64,000 nt of DNA from Spironucleus salmonicida (lineage: Eukaryota): the NCBI RefSeq assembly GCF_000497125.1, contig NC_090598.1:1302001-1366000 (forward strand), given 5' to 3'. This document shows, piece after piece, positions 1 to 11,924 of the stretch. Below the pieces are notes generated by a model. It saw only the letters and a list, made by a program, of their open reading frames with translations. It did not search any database and was not told the DNA's origin. How positions within the stretch are numbered: the stretch's first letter is position 1; each line of letters opens with the position of its first letter. The position numbers and the translations under genes are program-made.

Positions 1-154
1 CTGCGGCACCAGATCCACATCCTATAAAAGATACATCTTTAGGAATAGTGACCAAACCTAGCTCTCTTAGGTCCATAGTTGCAGGTACTTAAGTTAAAGA
101 ATCAAACGGATCATCAAGTATTCTGAGAGTCTAAAAAATAGCCAAAACTAACAT
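1..154 (-). CDS. Papain-family (C1A) cysteine protease-like protein, N-terminal part (runs off window start)
   Basis: Code 6: MLVLAIFQTLRILDDPFDSLTQVPATMDLRELGLVTIPKDVSFIGCGSGAA. Short hydrophobic N-terminus, then a match to the C1A 'P-x-x-x-D-x-R...vt.vkdQ..CGSCwA' pattern. Confidence 0.6.
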
Positions 155-292
155 TTTGCAAAGATTAATTAAATTCATATAGTAATTACATTATAATCAT
201 TCTAAAAAACTGAATAATTCCAAGTATATCATCAATATTAATAATATTTCAAATTATATTAAATAAAAATAAATACTATAAAATTGTATAAT

Positions 293-2245
293 TCAAATAA
301 ATCTAACTTATCGTTAAACTTCCGCCAATTGATCAAATTCATCATCATTACTAGATAACTCAATTGCACTTTGATGTGCATCTTATACGTCTACTATATG
401 TTCTGTATTTCTTGTTATATCTACCTTATTTTGTTGAATAAGTTGCTCTTTTTATAGATTTATTACCTAATTCTAAGAGTCTAATAGTCTTGAAACATTT
501 AAAATATCAATACTATGTTCTAAAACTGTTTATAATGCAATACTTCTTAAATCTTAATTTTGATTCTTGTACTAATGCCCTTGCTAGACTACTTATGATA
601 CAAATTAAAGTTTTTGCTAAAATTCATTGTTAATAGATCCTATATATGATACCAATGAAGCTTCATCTTTAAAAAAAGATGCATCTGGGATAGTTATTTT
701 ACCTTTGTATACTCCTTTTTAATTTTCAACTTCTTTATGTTAGCTAATAATTATTCCTTTAAAAAAATATTCTTATAATCCATCATTGCTAACAACATTT
801 ATGAATCTTTTAATAAACCTACTTACTTTTTAACATTTAATACATTTACCTGCACATATATGGTCTTTAAAATCAATATTATTCTGTATTTATTGTATCC
901 TATCATGATTCAGCAAAAGTATGTCATCGATATTTTAATTTTTTATTATTTCACGATTTTGTGTATGTTTAGAAATTATATTACAAATATAATCAACTTA
1001 TGAAATAGTAGATTATAAAATTTAATATATTTGTGTTAAACTAGAATTAAGTTTTGATGGTTAATGTTGATGTTAATATTATTATTATTTAATTTATTGA
1101 AGTTGAATAATTTAGTATTAAAGTGATTCTAATTCTTACTAATATATTTAAGTACTTGCTTCATATTTAAGTTTCTAGACTTACTACTTATCTTAATTTT
1201 AATTTTACAAATCTTTAACAACAAGATTTAGTAGCTTAGCAAAATTACCTATAGCTTTATTATCAGTTCCAAGATCGATATTAAATTATTTTTGAAATTA
1301 ACTTAATTACTCAATATCTTTATTTTAAAGTTTTGGGGTTGAAAGTTTAATATTTTTACACTTATTTACAAAAATTAATGTATTTAAACTTTCTCCAGAT
1401 TGTTATATGTCACTACATATTGTACCTAGTATAGTAATATTACATTAATTTTAACTCAATGACCTAGCTAAAATTTTAGTCAAAACAGAATCTCTAAATG
1501 GAATATGATTATTTTCTTATTAGAGAGACTATATAACATTTCCAAGGCAAGTTAATGACTAATTAATTTTAATCAGCTCATTTAATTTTTAACCTTCCAC
1601 TTAAGTTTTCTTTACACGTTCTGAACCTGCTAAATCAATAATTTATAATATTTTATTGTTTAAAAATATTTATAGAATAGTATGTGATCTTGATGAATTC
1701 TCATTTAAAACTGTAGAACTTCTATATTGGTTTTTAATAGCAGATAAAACAATATTATTCGCTTCCTGGACAGAACTGATACTAAACTCTTAAAGATTAA
1801 CTATTTTAAAGTTATTTTTAGAAACTTCTTTTAATTATAACTTATTATCAGGACTCAACAAATCAAAAATTTATTCATTATAAATTTAATATAATGAAAC
1901 AATAACTTTAACTGATTTTTATTCAAAAATATGACAAAATGTTTTTTAAACAATACCATCATTATTATTTGGGCTAAATCCGCAAGTAAAGGACTTGCCA
2001 GAAGAAGTTTATCCATAACAGAAGGTACATGTATTTATACCTGCTAAAAATGAATTAGTTTATGCTCTTTATACCTCATCATAAGTAAACTATTACCCTG
2101 ATGCTTAGGGTATTATACCGTCAAAAGCAAAAGATTATGGATTGCGATCATTTAAATCTAATGATAATGTATTCTTTTAAATAGTAATAGCTGATGAATT
2201 TTAATTCAATAATGGTTTAACACGGACAAATGCAGAGACAGACAT
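293..2245 (-). CDS. Kinesin motor protein (N-terminal motor domain), 650 aa
   Basis: MSVSAFVRVKP start; P-loop YGQTSSGKS (Q encoded by TAA); NSSRSH; DLAGSE; HIPFRDSVLT; ends TGA at 293-295. Confidence 0.93.
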
Positions 2246-2400
2246 TTCTGATATTTTATTCTAAATTATATAGTAGTTAATATAATAATGTATATTATTT
2301 AATATAATATTATCCGAATAAAGAAATCTTAAAAATCACCCACTATTAATAATATATAATTTAGTATGAAATATTTCCACCACTCCCCATTCCAAACTAA

Positions 2401-3831
2401 ATGCCACATTCAACATTAGCAGATTTTGAATTATTAAACTAGGTGGGTAAAGGATCATTTGGTACTGTGTTTAAAGCAAGACGTAAAAAAGATGGAGGTA
2501 TATATTGTCTGAAAGAGATAAGACTCCAAGGAGCTTCACAGGCTGAGATTCAGACTGCTGTTAATGAATGCAACCTATTAGCATCCATAGATTCTCCTTA
2601 TGTGGTTAAATATTTCGATTCATTTGTAGATTAGTCGACAGAAACTTTATGGATGGTAATGGAATTTGCTAGTAAAGGATCTCTCAGAGATTTAATAGTT
2701 AAAACACCATATATCTCTGAAGAAGATGCATGGTATTATATATCTTAGATGCTAGTTGGTATAGGTTCTCTACATGCTAAACATATTATACATCGGGATA
2801 TAAAATCATTGAATATTTTTGTCCATGAAGAAGCTGACAAAAGATTATCGTTAAAAATTGGTGATATGGGAGTTTCTAAATAACTTAACTCCACTACCGT
2901 TATGGCTTAAACCTTAGTTGGCTCTCCGTATTATCTATCACCAGAAATTTGCAGATCAGAAAAGTACAATATGAAGTCTGATATTTGGGCAATTGGCATT
3001 ACATTTTATGAAATGCTTAATAATGGAAAGCACCCTTTCTTAGCTAATAACTAGGCAGCATTGCTTATAAATATTTTAAAAGGTAAATATAAATAGTTAC
3101 CTGAGGAAAAATATTCTCAAATATTGAGACATTTAGTTTACTGGTGTTTGTCATCTGATGTCACAGTTAGGCCTGATGTTTATTCTTTGTTAGCATTAAA
3201 ACCAGTTGCTGATGCAATTTAACGTAATGGTATCTAAATCCCAAAGGATTTACAAGAAGCAATAAATAAGGCTAAACAGCATCTATCTAGATTAAAATCT
3301 TCAGATAATACAAGATCGTAGTAGGCAATTCGCTAGGCACAACCAGTGGCCCCAAAAACATAACCTATATAACGTAAACCAGAGCCAAAAATTGAAGTGG
3401 AAATAGAATTAGAAGAAGATGTTATTGATATGACACCTACATATGGTTCATAAAGCAAATAAATTAGAATATAAGAATATAATGATGATTTTGACGACGA
3501 TGAAGAAGAATAGCGTCCTGAAACATCTGTATAGTAAAAATAGCTACAAGATTTAATTAACTAATAAGATACCATCTCTAAAGAGTAAGATAAAATTTTC
3601 AAAGAGATTACACCATTCAATATTCCACCTCATATAAGAGATGACCTTATAAATTGGTTTATTTAAAATACTAAATCTACGGAAGACTAAATAAGCAAAT
3701 ATGTATTTGGTAAGATAGGTTATGATAAAGTTAGCTCTGTTTAGTTTTTAAGACAATACTCAGACCTGTAACGTAAAAAAATGAATATAAATAATGAAAT
3801 AAACGAAGTTATGAAGTAGGTGAAAAAGTGA
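2401..3831 (+). CDS. NEK (NIMA-related) Ser/Thr kinase, 476 aa
   Basis: [46 protein letters not shown], then a C-terminal coiled coil; ends AAG TGA. Confidence 0.93.
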
Positions 3832-3840
3832 TAAATGTTG

Positions 3841-4119
3841 TCATTTCAAATATTTTCTTGCTATCATTGTGTAAAAAAATTAAGAAAGCAAGTAAAGTAA
3901 TATCTAAGTGCTTTACGAATTGTAAGTACAAGTTAATGTGGATAAGAATGAAAATATTAACATCGCCACCTTCTTATGCATTGAACTTTAAATATTAGTT
4001 TTAACTAACATAAAGATCTAAATTAGCAAACCAACAGTTAAAAATACTGGACTAGCTGCGAAAGATGCAATGCCAGTAACAAAAAGCTGAGCGTAGTAAA
4101 TACCTTCAATTTATTACAT
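3841..4119 (-). CDS. Small hypothetical membrane protein, 92 aa
   Basis: Open code-6 frame MQQIEGIYYAQLFVTGIASFAASPVFLTVGLLIQIFMLV...ARKYLK with hydrophobic segments; TCCACA just upstream of the ATG. Confidence 0.5.
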
Positions 4120-4177
4120 TCTGTGGAATGTTAAAAATTGGAAAGCATATATATTATTTTTAATATATACTTCAAAA

Positions 4178-4618
4178 ATGACTGTTTTAATTTACGCTCA
4201 TTCTTAGGCTAATCCTACTGAAATTATCTCAGCATCCTCTATTTTACAGAAAATTGGATTGAAAGTTATTGTTTACGGTTAAACTCAGATTATTGAGCTA
4301 AAGAGTAAAATAAAAATACATACTGACACAACTTAGTTAATCTAAGCAGACTGTTTGCTTTTACCAGGAGAAATTAATGAAGATGATACTATTGCAAAGA
4401 AAATTGTCTGCTATTTTCTTAAGAATAATCTTCTCATAGCTGCGTTTTAAAGTTCTACAAGATTTACGAACTAAACTATCAAGCGAACAAATAAATATAT
4501 ACAATGCAAACAATATGACTTTAACACATTCTTTCATTTATGCATTCAATTTTCAATCTTGATAGCAGAGTAACTAGGTGGAAATACAGAACTTATCGCA
4601 GAGATTTTATTAATGTGA
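4178..4618 (+). CDS. Divergent DJ-1/PfpI (ThiJ)-like protein, 146 aa
   Basis: MTVLIYAHSQANPTEIISASSIL...KIHTD...DCLLLPGE...LLIAAFQ follows the DJ-1/ThiJ pattern (E at strand 1, D.l.lPGG, .iaAIC). Confidence 0.6.
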
Positions 4619-5002
4619 TTAAAACTATTTATTATTAAAATAATTATGCACCAAAATTGTAAATTATTATCTATAATTATTTATGATCAGTAATTTACAT
4701 AGTATTAATGAAAGTTTATTTTTAGCGTATATTCTTTAGAAATTTCTATGAAATACAGTAGATATACTACCAATAAGGGATTATATTATTTACTTTATGC
4801 ATTAAATATAATATATTAATTATTTAATGTATAATATTAGTAAATTTATTAAAATAAATGGACTAAACCGATTAATAAAAAATTAACATCAATAATCTAT
4901 CTCTTTCAAATGTATTTGCAGCAAATCTAGTAGCATAAAAACATAAATAACTACTTAATATAAACTCTACATTATAAATAAACTTAAAATGACTTTTTAC
5001 AT

Positions 5003-5710
5003 TCACTTACCAGTTTTTATCGGTCTCCATAAATGCCATACCCCAGCGACCCTAAATACAGCTTTTTGGTTGCTAAGAGAACACTTTTAACCATTCTTCA
5101 ATTGAATTCCTTAAATTTCGACACCTATACTTTCATTCATATCTCCATCATATCCACAATTTACTAAGCAGAAATTATTCATTTCAAGATCAAAAAATAT
5201 AGCAGCATTTTTTGGAGATACCATTGAAGAAAAACTATGTAAATATGTTATTTCTTTTGTTGTAACTTAGATTGTCTTTAAAGAATGTATTATAGCTAAT
5301 GTCTTAGGCTTGATTTGATTTTATGATAACAAAATGTCATATTCTAAATCTGATAATGATAGAAATTATGTTAATTACTTATGTTTTAATGTGGTTGTTG
5401 GGGCAAGTTTCTATAATGGATGTGCAAATATTTTCTTTGGTAACTATGTTTATTTTCTACGAGAGATTTAGTCATTAAAACGAATTAATAAATGCTATTT
5501 TTGTGGAATTTACTGCACATCTGATAGCTAAATTTTTGGTGTCTTATCTTATGGTGATGTTAATGGTTAGTCTGAATTTACGAACTGAATCCATGCATTT
5601 TCTAATTCATCATGAGAGAAATTAGTCTCATTTACATTGTTAAAGTGATTAGGTATAATGTCACCTGAAGATAGCACATGCTCAACAAGCTGAGGCATAT
5701 ATTTATCCAT
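5003..5710 (-). CDS. Hypothetical protein, 235 aa, possible C-terminal FHA-like domain
   Basis: Open code-6 frame MDKYMPQL...; C-terminal VSPKNAAIFFD...FCLVNCG...IQGIQLKNGQKCSL resembles an FHA beta-sandwich pattern; ends AAG TGA. Confidence 0.6.
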
Positions 5711-5759
5711 TTAAATATAGCCACTATTATATATAATATAAATGTATAATAAATAACAT

Positions 5760-7187
5760 TCAGTCATGTCTATCATCTTACTCTAACTCATCAGGTATAT
5801 TATGTTTAACATTAAGGATTGTGATCTTAAAATCTTCTAGGTTGTCTGTAAAGGTTTTATTAGCCGTTTCTACAATAGTGTTTATGTTTTCCACTGTATC
5901 TGGCACTAAATCAATGTATTTATAAAAATTAGTTAGAATCTCTCCGTCTTCAGAGACGTTGAATTGCTTACATATAGCTTCTCTAAATGTCTTTAAAACA
6001 AATATATCAATATCTTTACGTATTGAATGTAAAGGTGTCTTCCATGGTACCCTTTCTATCACACTTTTCAAAAATTCACCAACTGAAGAATCACCTATCA
6101 CATCAGTATTAAAATTTTTACATTCTCCACAGAAGTACTTATAAGGATGAAAATGCTACGTTGCCTCTTGCTGACAATCATTACACTTGACCTTTACGTA
6201 ATAGCCCTCGTATTCCTGCGGAATGAAGATTCTATCGTAAACTTTCTCCTGAAAATCTATTATGCGCTTGCTATCGTCATGTACAGGTAGAAATTTCTTA
6301 CAAAGAGGGCACTTATAATTTTACTTCTGCAGAAGTGTCTAATAACAATGGCTGTGCATGATATGCCCACAGTTCGGAACGATTCGCCCGTAAATTGTCT
6401 TCTCCATATCATCCATGCAGACACAGCATTCACCACTCACCTTACAGCATTTATGCTGGTCGAAATAGTCCACGTTGAAGCAGCTCTTGCAAGCATCGCA
6501 GTGTTTAGAATATTGCCGCCTGCCCACCATGCAGATTTTGCATCCTTCGCAGTGGTAATTTGGCTTCGCGTCCTCGCCCAGCCCGCAGATCATCTTGCAG
6601 GTGAAACAGATGTACCAGCCGAACTCCACCTTGCAGGTCTCGCACTTTTGGCCGAACTTCTGGACGGTGGCGCAGTACCTGCACCGGATCGTGTCGGTAA
6701 CATAGCGGTCGAACTGGTGGTCGTCGACTTCGTCGTCGTGGCAGAGCCTGCAACCGTAGAACTTGCCACAAGTCACGCAGCTGTACTCGCACCCGCGGAT
6801 GTAGTGCGGGCAGCCGACGCTTCGCGCCTTCGAGTAGGAAACTAGGACCTGCTAATCCAGGGGGAGCTGCGTCAGCCAGTCCTCCTTCGCCTTGCAATCT
6901 GCGAATTCGTGCGAGCAGTCGTAATCGAACTTTTTGGGGTCGTAGAACTGACGTGGCATGACGTGCAAAACTTGCTTCAGCTTTTGATCCAGGTAGGATT
7001 GCCTTTCAATGGAGAAAATATAACTCGGAAACGATTTCAGAAGAATTCTGTCAGCGGCGACGAACTTGTTCTAGCATCCTGGTTTCATTGTGAAGTATGT
7101 GGAGATGATTATTTCGTTTCTGTGCTACATTTGTACCTTTTCAGGGTCAGGAAAGGGAACTTGAACGAAGTCATGGGCATTTGACAT
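5760..7187 (-). CDS. CHY zinc finger / RING-H2 / zinc-ribbon E3 ligase (Pirh2/RCHY1-like), 475 aa
   Basis: GCPHYIRGC..C..CGKFYGCRLCHD (CHY) and CCVCMDD...CGHIMHSHC...CPLC (RING). Track ORFs 6339-6776 and 5778-6101 join in one frame under code 6. Confidence 0.9.
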
Positions 7188-7235
7188 ATAATGAAAAGGT
7201 TAGTATAGCTTTTATACTCTATATATTATACTGAG

Positions 7236-8132
7236 TCACTTTGTAAAAATTTTTTAGCCTTCCATAGGCTAGTTTACCATTAGAATAACACCGTAAACTG
7301 GCCAGTGATCGCTTCCCTATACCTTGTAGCTATCATATTTATCAACTACAAATTTGCCATCAAATTTCTAACCTTTACTTTTGCATTAGCAAGTTTTATA
7401 TTTGTCACTGCCTAAAACATCATAGACCATAATACGATCAGTATATGATGGTGTTCTGCCTTAACTAAAATTTCCATCCGAAATTTTGTAGGTGGGGTTA
7501 AATAATATTTCCTTAATATCGTAAAATACAAAATTATTTTTTATTATTTAGTCTTATTACAAAATATCAAATATTTGACCTTACTCAATTAGTTAATTGC
7601 ATTTATCCTCCTCAAGTTCTATTCTAAAATTTAAATCACCTAATATAAAAATCTTTTCTTGGTCTGAGTTAGCTTAAGCTTCAATGAATTTACTCAGTTT
7701 TTTGACTTAAGATAGCCTATTTTTTACTTTCTCACCTGAATTTAAATGGCATGATACAATATGAAAAGGCTAGTGATCTATACAAAACTGAGTACTAATA
7801 ACCCCTTTATTTGCACCATACTTTCCAAGTTTTAATGACTTGCTCTATAAGCAAGTTAAATTTATACCCTACTTTATAAATATTGATAATACTTGTGCGT
7901 TAAGAGACTTGCTATGAATATGAATATAATCATCAGAAAATTATTTTAACTTTATCTCAATTGAGTTTTTCCATATCCGTTTGGATGAACAAAAAAATGA
8001 CTTCTAAATGCTATGGCAACACTCTTATGAACCTATTATAACAATATCATAATCTTTATCAATACAGTTTAATGCATCTGGAATGCATCTACCATGTTAA
8101 TTAAAAGTCATTAAAAAAATTGAATGTGTCAT
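7236..8132 (-). CDS. Inositol polyphosphate 5-phosphatase (EEP family), 298 aa
   Basis: MTFNQ, DIVIIGSQE, GANKG, SCHL, GDLNFR, PTYK, PSYTDRI and SDHWPV motifs. Confidence 0.9.
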
Positions 8133-8188
8133 TTTTTCTCTTATAATATTATATCATATATAACCTTAAATATAAAAGCAAATTTTAA

Positions 8189-8578
8189 ATGAATAGTAAA
8201 AGACATAACATACCACGTAAAACAGTTCTATCATAATCAAGGTAAAGTACTGGAATAAAGCGGATAAATAGAAATTCTTCTAATGTACTGAAAGAAATAT
8301 ATAAATATTAAAGTAGTAATGAATTTTTATTTCGGAGACTACCTTTTGCCCGTATTATTCGTGAAATTATCTTAGAGAATTAAAATTTAGGAATAAACTA
8401 ATAATAAATAGAGTATAGGATTTAAAAAGAAGCATTGGATGCTGTTTAAACTGCTGCAGAGGCATTCATAGTAGAATTGTTTGCAATGGCATAACTTTGT
8501 GCAGAGCATGGAGGTAGAGTTACTATATTTAATAGAGATGTATTACTAACATTACGTATTAGAAAACTCTTCGTATGA
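8189..8578 (+). CDS. Divergent histone H3 variant, likely centromeric CenH3, 129 aa
   Basis: VLKEIYKYQSSNEFLFRRLPFARIIREI...YRIQKEALDAVQTAAEAFIVELF...CAEHGGRVTIFNRDVLLTLRIR histone fold with non-canonical tail and extended loop 1. Confidence 0.85.
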
Positions 8579-8594
8579 TTAAATTATATTCATC

Positions 8595-8762
8595 TCAAAA
8601 TTATCTCTTTAGCATCTTACTGAAGTATTATTAAATTTCTTCAACAGATCGTGTCTAAACCTTTTCTGATATCTCTTCAAACTACATTTTTTCATAGTTT
8701 ATTATTTAGTAACGAATAGATTCATACACTACTCTTTTTTCAATCTCTGTCCAGTTTTCCAT
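8595..8762 (-). CDS. Small single Myb/SANT-domain protein, 55 aa
   Basis: MENWTEIEKRVVYESI...FEEISEKVQTRSVEEIQQYF matches the Myb W-T-x-x-E ... TRS-x-x-E pattern. Confidence 0.6.
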
Positions 8763-9234
8763 TTTAAAGATGCGCTTTTTTCTTTTATTTCATATTATAT
8801 ATCTAATAATACTATTGTGTAATAGCTCTAAAGAAATCTATACATTATGATTACTATAGGACCTCATAATAATGAATTTATAAAATACTTCACGTTTTTC
8901 TTTGATTATTAATCTTCTTATCAAGTAGATCTTCGAAATTACTATGAAATTTTAATTTGTTTTGAATTATCAATCACCTGCTTATAACTTTCTTGTTTTT
9001 CATTTTTGCTATTATGATAAAAATAATATAAATTCTTAATACTTTATAGTAGCATAAGTATAGAACCCATATTTATCAGAATTAAATCAAAATTAGAAAT
9101 TCTATTTGACATAATATTAAAAGTAGAATAATGATTATTTGTGTTTTGTACTAAAATATAGAATTAATATGTTCAAATCAAAGTAATTGGTTAATAAATA
9201 CCAACCTTATTCAATTCATCAAAATAATCATTAA

Positions 9235-10071
9235 ATGCCAAATCCATTTCTGTAAGCAGCTATTGATAATGACATATTTTTTATTAAATTCAACTTATCT
9301 ATGATAGATGAAACTTCGATACCAGCCCAAAAAACTGCGCTACACTACGCTGCCTAGTACGGCAATATCAACGTCGTGAAACTGCTGATTCCATTTCTGG
9401 CAGCTAAAACATCGTCAAACGGATTCACCGCGCTGCACTATGCCGCAAAACACGGGTTCTACGAGTGCGTGCACGTACTGGCCGAGCTAGAGGCCGGCAT
9501 CAAGACCGCGAATAAGAAGCTGGCGATAGAAATAGCGGCAGAGAACGGCGAGCTGGAGATAATGACGCTGCTATGGAAGTACGAAGGGGGTCCTAGTATC
9601 AGCGCTGGGGACTGCCAGGAGGGTCAGGAATAGCTTCAGCGGCTGGGCCGGAAGCGCCTCACTAACCAACTGAAGAAGAGCTGGCTGGTGCAGTTCTATT
9701 GCCAGGAGCAGGGAAAGCTCCAGTAGCAGTTGGTCAGGACGCAGATTGAGTACAAGACGCAGCTGGTGAAGGTCGAGCGCGAGCGGGACATCCTACTGGA
9801 GCGTATCACCTACCTCAACGCCGCCGTGAAGCAGGACGAGAGCGACTGCGAAGATTGGGTCAAACCAGTAGTGCAGGACGACGACGAACCCGGGAAAGGG
9901 CTCTGCCGGAACCTGAGCTTTTTGGAGATCTCGTGCAGCTAGGTTTTCAACGACCAGCGGAAGCGGAACCTCATAATTCAAGGGCACGGGCTCAAGAAAG
10001 AGATACGCCAGCTCAAGCAGATAAGCCAGAAGCTGCTCGACCGTTTTGAGCAGGTTTTCGAAAATATGTGA
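9235..10071 (+). CDS. Ankyrin-repeat protein with C-terminal coiled coil (Giardia protein 21.1-like), copy 1, 278 aa
   Basis: TALHYAAQYGN, GFTALHYAAKHG and LAIEIAAENG ankyrin repeats; ATG at 9235 is in frame with track ORFs 9376 and 9730; ends ATG TGA. Confidence 0.88.
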
Positions 10072-10073
10072 TT
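9319..10073 (+). repeat. Inverted repeat A, copy 1 (755 nt, GC-rich), partner 28917-29671
   Basis: Reverse-complement match; only one difference noticed (9747 T vs C, synonymous); the ORF track gives identical peptides for both copies. Confidence 0.95.
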
Positions 10074-10140
10074 GGTTTTATTAAAGTTATTCTTGCTATC
10101 TCATCACAAAGGCTATATCTTTAGTATAAAAACATAATTA

Positions 10141-10659
10141 TCACTCTACTGTTACCTTAAATTTTTGAACTGGCTAATGAAATTTAGGTGCAATTATATC
10201 ACCAATATCAGCCAATTACCCTGTATGAATCGACTTAGTAGTTGAACAAAAATTATTTTACTTGTCATTAGTAGGAAGCGTTAAATTTAATGTATCATGT
10301 TAAATTCTCTAGTCCATTACTGGACGATTAATTTCTCTTTATTCTTTATAAGGATTATAGTGAGGTACTTTCTTGAAACTAGATTGTTCTTCTTCAGTAT
10401 ACACAATATGATGACGACCTTCCTCAACAGGATATCCAATATCACGTTAAGTTGTAGTATAAAGTTATTTGTTGTCAATTCTATAATCTTTTATGCAATT
10501 TGCACTAGATTCAATCTCGCCAGTCCTCTTTTGACGTTATAATTCATCATAAATGGCTTGATCTTCAACCCAGTTACCTATTTTTATTATTGGCCTCTAA
10601 TTTGGGTTTCTATTAAAAACATTTTTACTATCTGGGTCTAAACAAAATTAATCAGACAT
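10141..10659 (-). CDS. Putative axonemal microtubule inner protein with GNWxE (NWE) motif, 172 aa
   Basis: NVFNRNPNQRPIIKIGNWVEDQAIYDE...LYTTTQRDIG; ends GAG TGA. Confidence 0.7.
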
Positions 10660-10665
10660 TTTAAT

Positions 10666-10671
10666 TGCGGA
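10666..10671 (-). promoter_or_regulatory. TCCGCA element just upstream of the ATG (also at 11396-11401 and 28817-28822)
   Basis: The same hexamer lies 6, 15 and 14 nt upstream of three minus-strand start codons in otherwise very AT-rich spacers. Confidence 0.45.
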
Positions 10672-10861
10672 AATTTTTATAACCAATTACTATATTTAAT
10701 TTTAGTTGCAGATAATTTCCTTTCATAAATAACATAATTCTTTAATGTTCATTTTACTGTAATATCTTGCAATATTGTTATAATTACCATCTGCATATAT
10801 TTATTTACTAATAAAATTCAATCAATTAAATTTTTAACTTAATAAACAATAAATAAATATC

Positions 10862-11380
10862 TCACCAAAATCCTGTGGATTTTCCAGTATTGTACATTTC
10901 AACTTCATCTTTAAAACCAGCTTCTTTAAATCTAAACTCGGCTCCTTTCTTACCAAAATCTTTCTAAATAGTACTAACCATTTCATCTTCAGTAGTATTC
11001 ATTTTTCTATTTAATATGTCATGTCCTTCTCTTTAGACACAAACTCGAGTATCTTGAAGCTTTTAGCTATGTAAATGATCTTCTACCCATTCTGGTTTTG
11101 TTTTAAATTTATGAGTCTTCATTGCAGCACATTCTTAACGGATTTTATCTCCTGCAATGTCCCCAAACTGGCCAATTTCTTCACTATTTGGATGATAATT
11201 ATCTTTTGACACAACTAATGGGTTCATAATGGTATTTTTAGCATCATTGCGAACTCCAGATGCAATAAGACGCATTGATTCATCCCAAATGGCTTGTTCC
11301 TCAACCCAATTTCCTATTTTACATGATGGTGGGCCAACCGCCCTGTTAAAAAAATTCTTTCCGTTTGTAAGTTGCGCCAT
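10862..11380 (-). CDS. Putative axonemal microtubule inner protein with GNWxE (NWE) motif, 172 aa, paralog of 10141-10659
   Basis: NFFNRAVGPPSCKIGNWVEEQAIWDE...MVSTIQKDFG; track ORF 11135-11380 extended through TAA to TGA at 10862. Confidence 0.75.
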
Positions 11381-11493
11381 TTATAATTATTAATGTGCGG
11401 AAAGAAAGTTAGATAATATAATTATATAATATAAAAATAAAAATATTTTAATATTAATCAATAATTATATATTATTATCTTTTATTATTTAAA

Positions 11494-11922
11494 ATGGCTA
11501 TTGTAAGAAGTTATTTATTAGTTATCTCATTATTAGCAGCTTTAACATATCTTCTGATTTAAAAAGAACTAAAATCCTTTGTATTTACTTGTACTTCTAG
11601 TCCATAGGGGGTATCTTACCTATTAAATTTAAAATCATTACTGATAAATATATCATAAGTGGATAATTTTCGTAGTTTGACAGTTCCATAAAATACTCTA
11701 AGTTAATATTTTAGTAAAAATTGTCAAATTCTTATTTAAAAGTCAATTAAAATTTAATGTCCCAATATTCCAAAATTTATTTAATCATAATCTTTAGATT
11801 AATTATTTTTGACACAAAATACACAGTTTATCACTGATTTTATATAAAATTTAAAGAAATAATTAGTCAAAAATCATATAAATAACACGCATGACAGCGA
11901 GTTTTGCTAGCTCTTTGAGTGA
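11494..11922 (+). CDS. Hypothetical protein with N-terminal signal/TM segment, 142 aa
   Basis: MAIVRSYLLVISLLAALTYLLI...; open frame to GAG TGA, converging 2 nt from the RING gene stop. Confidence 0.55.
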
Positions 11923-11924
11923 TA

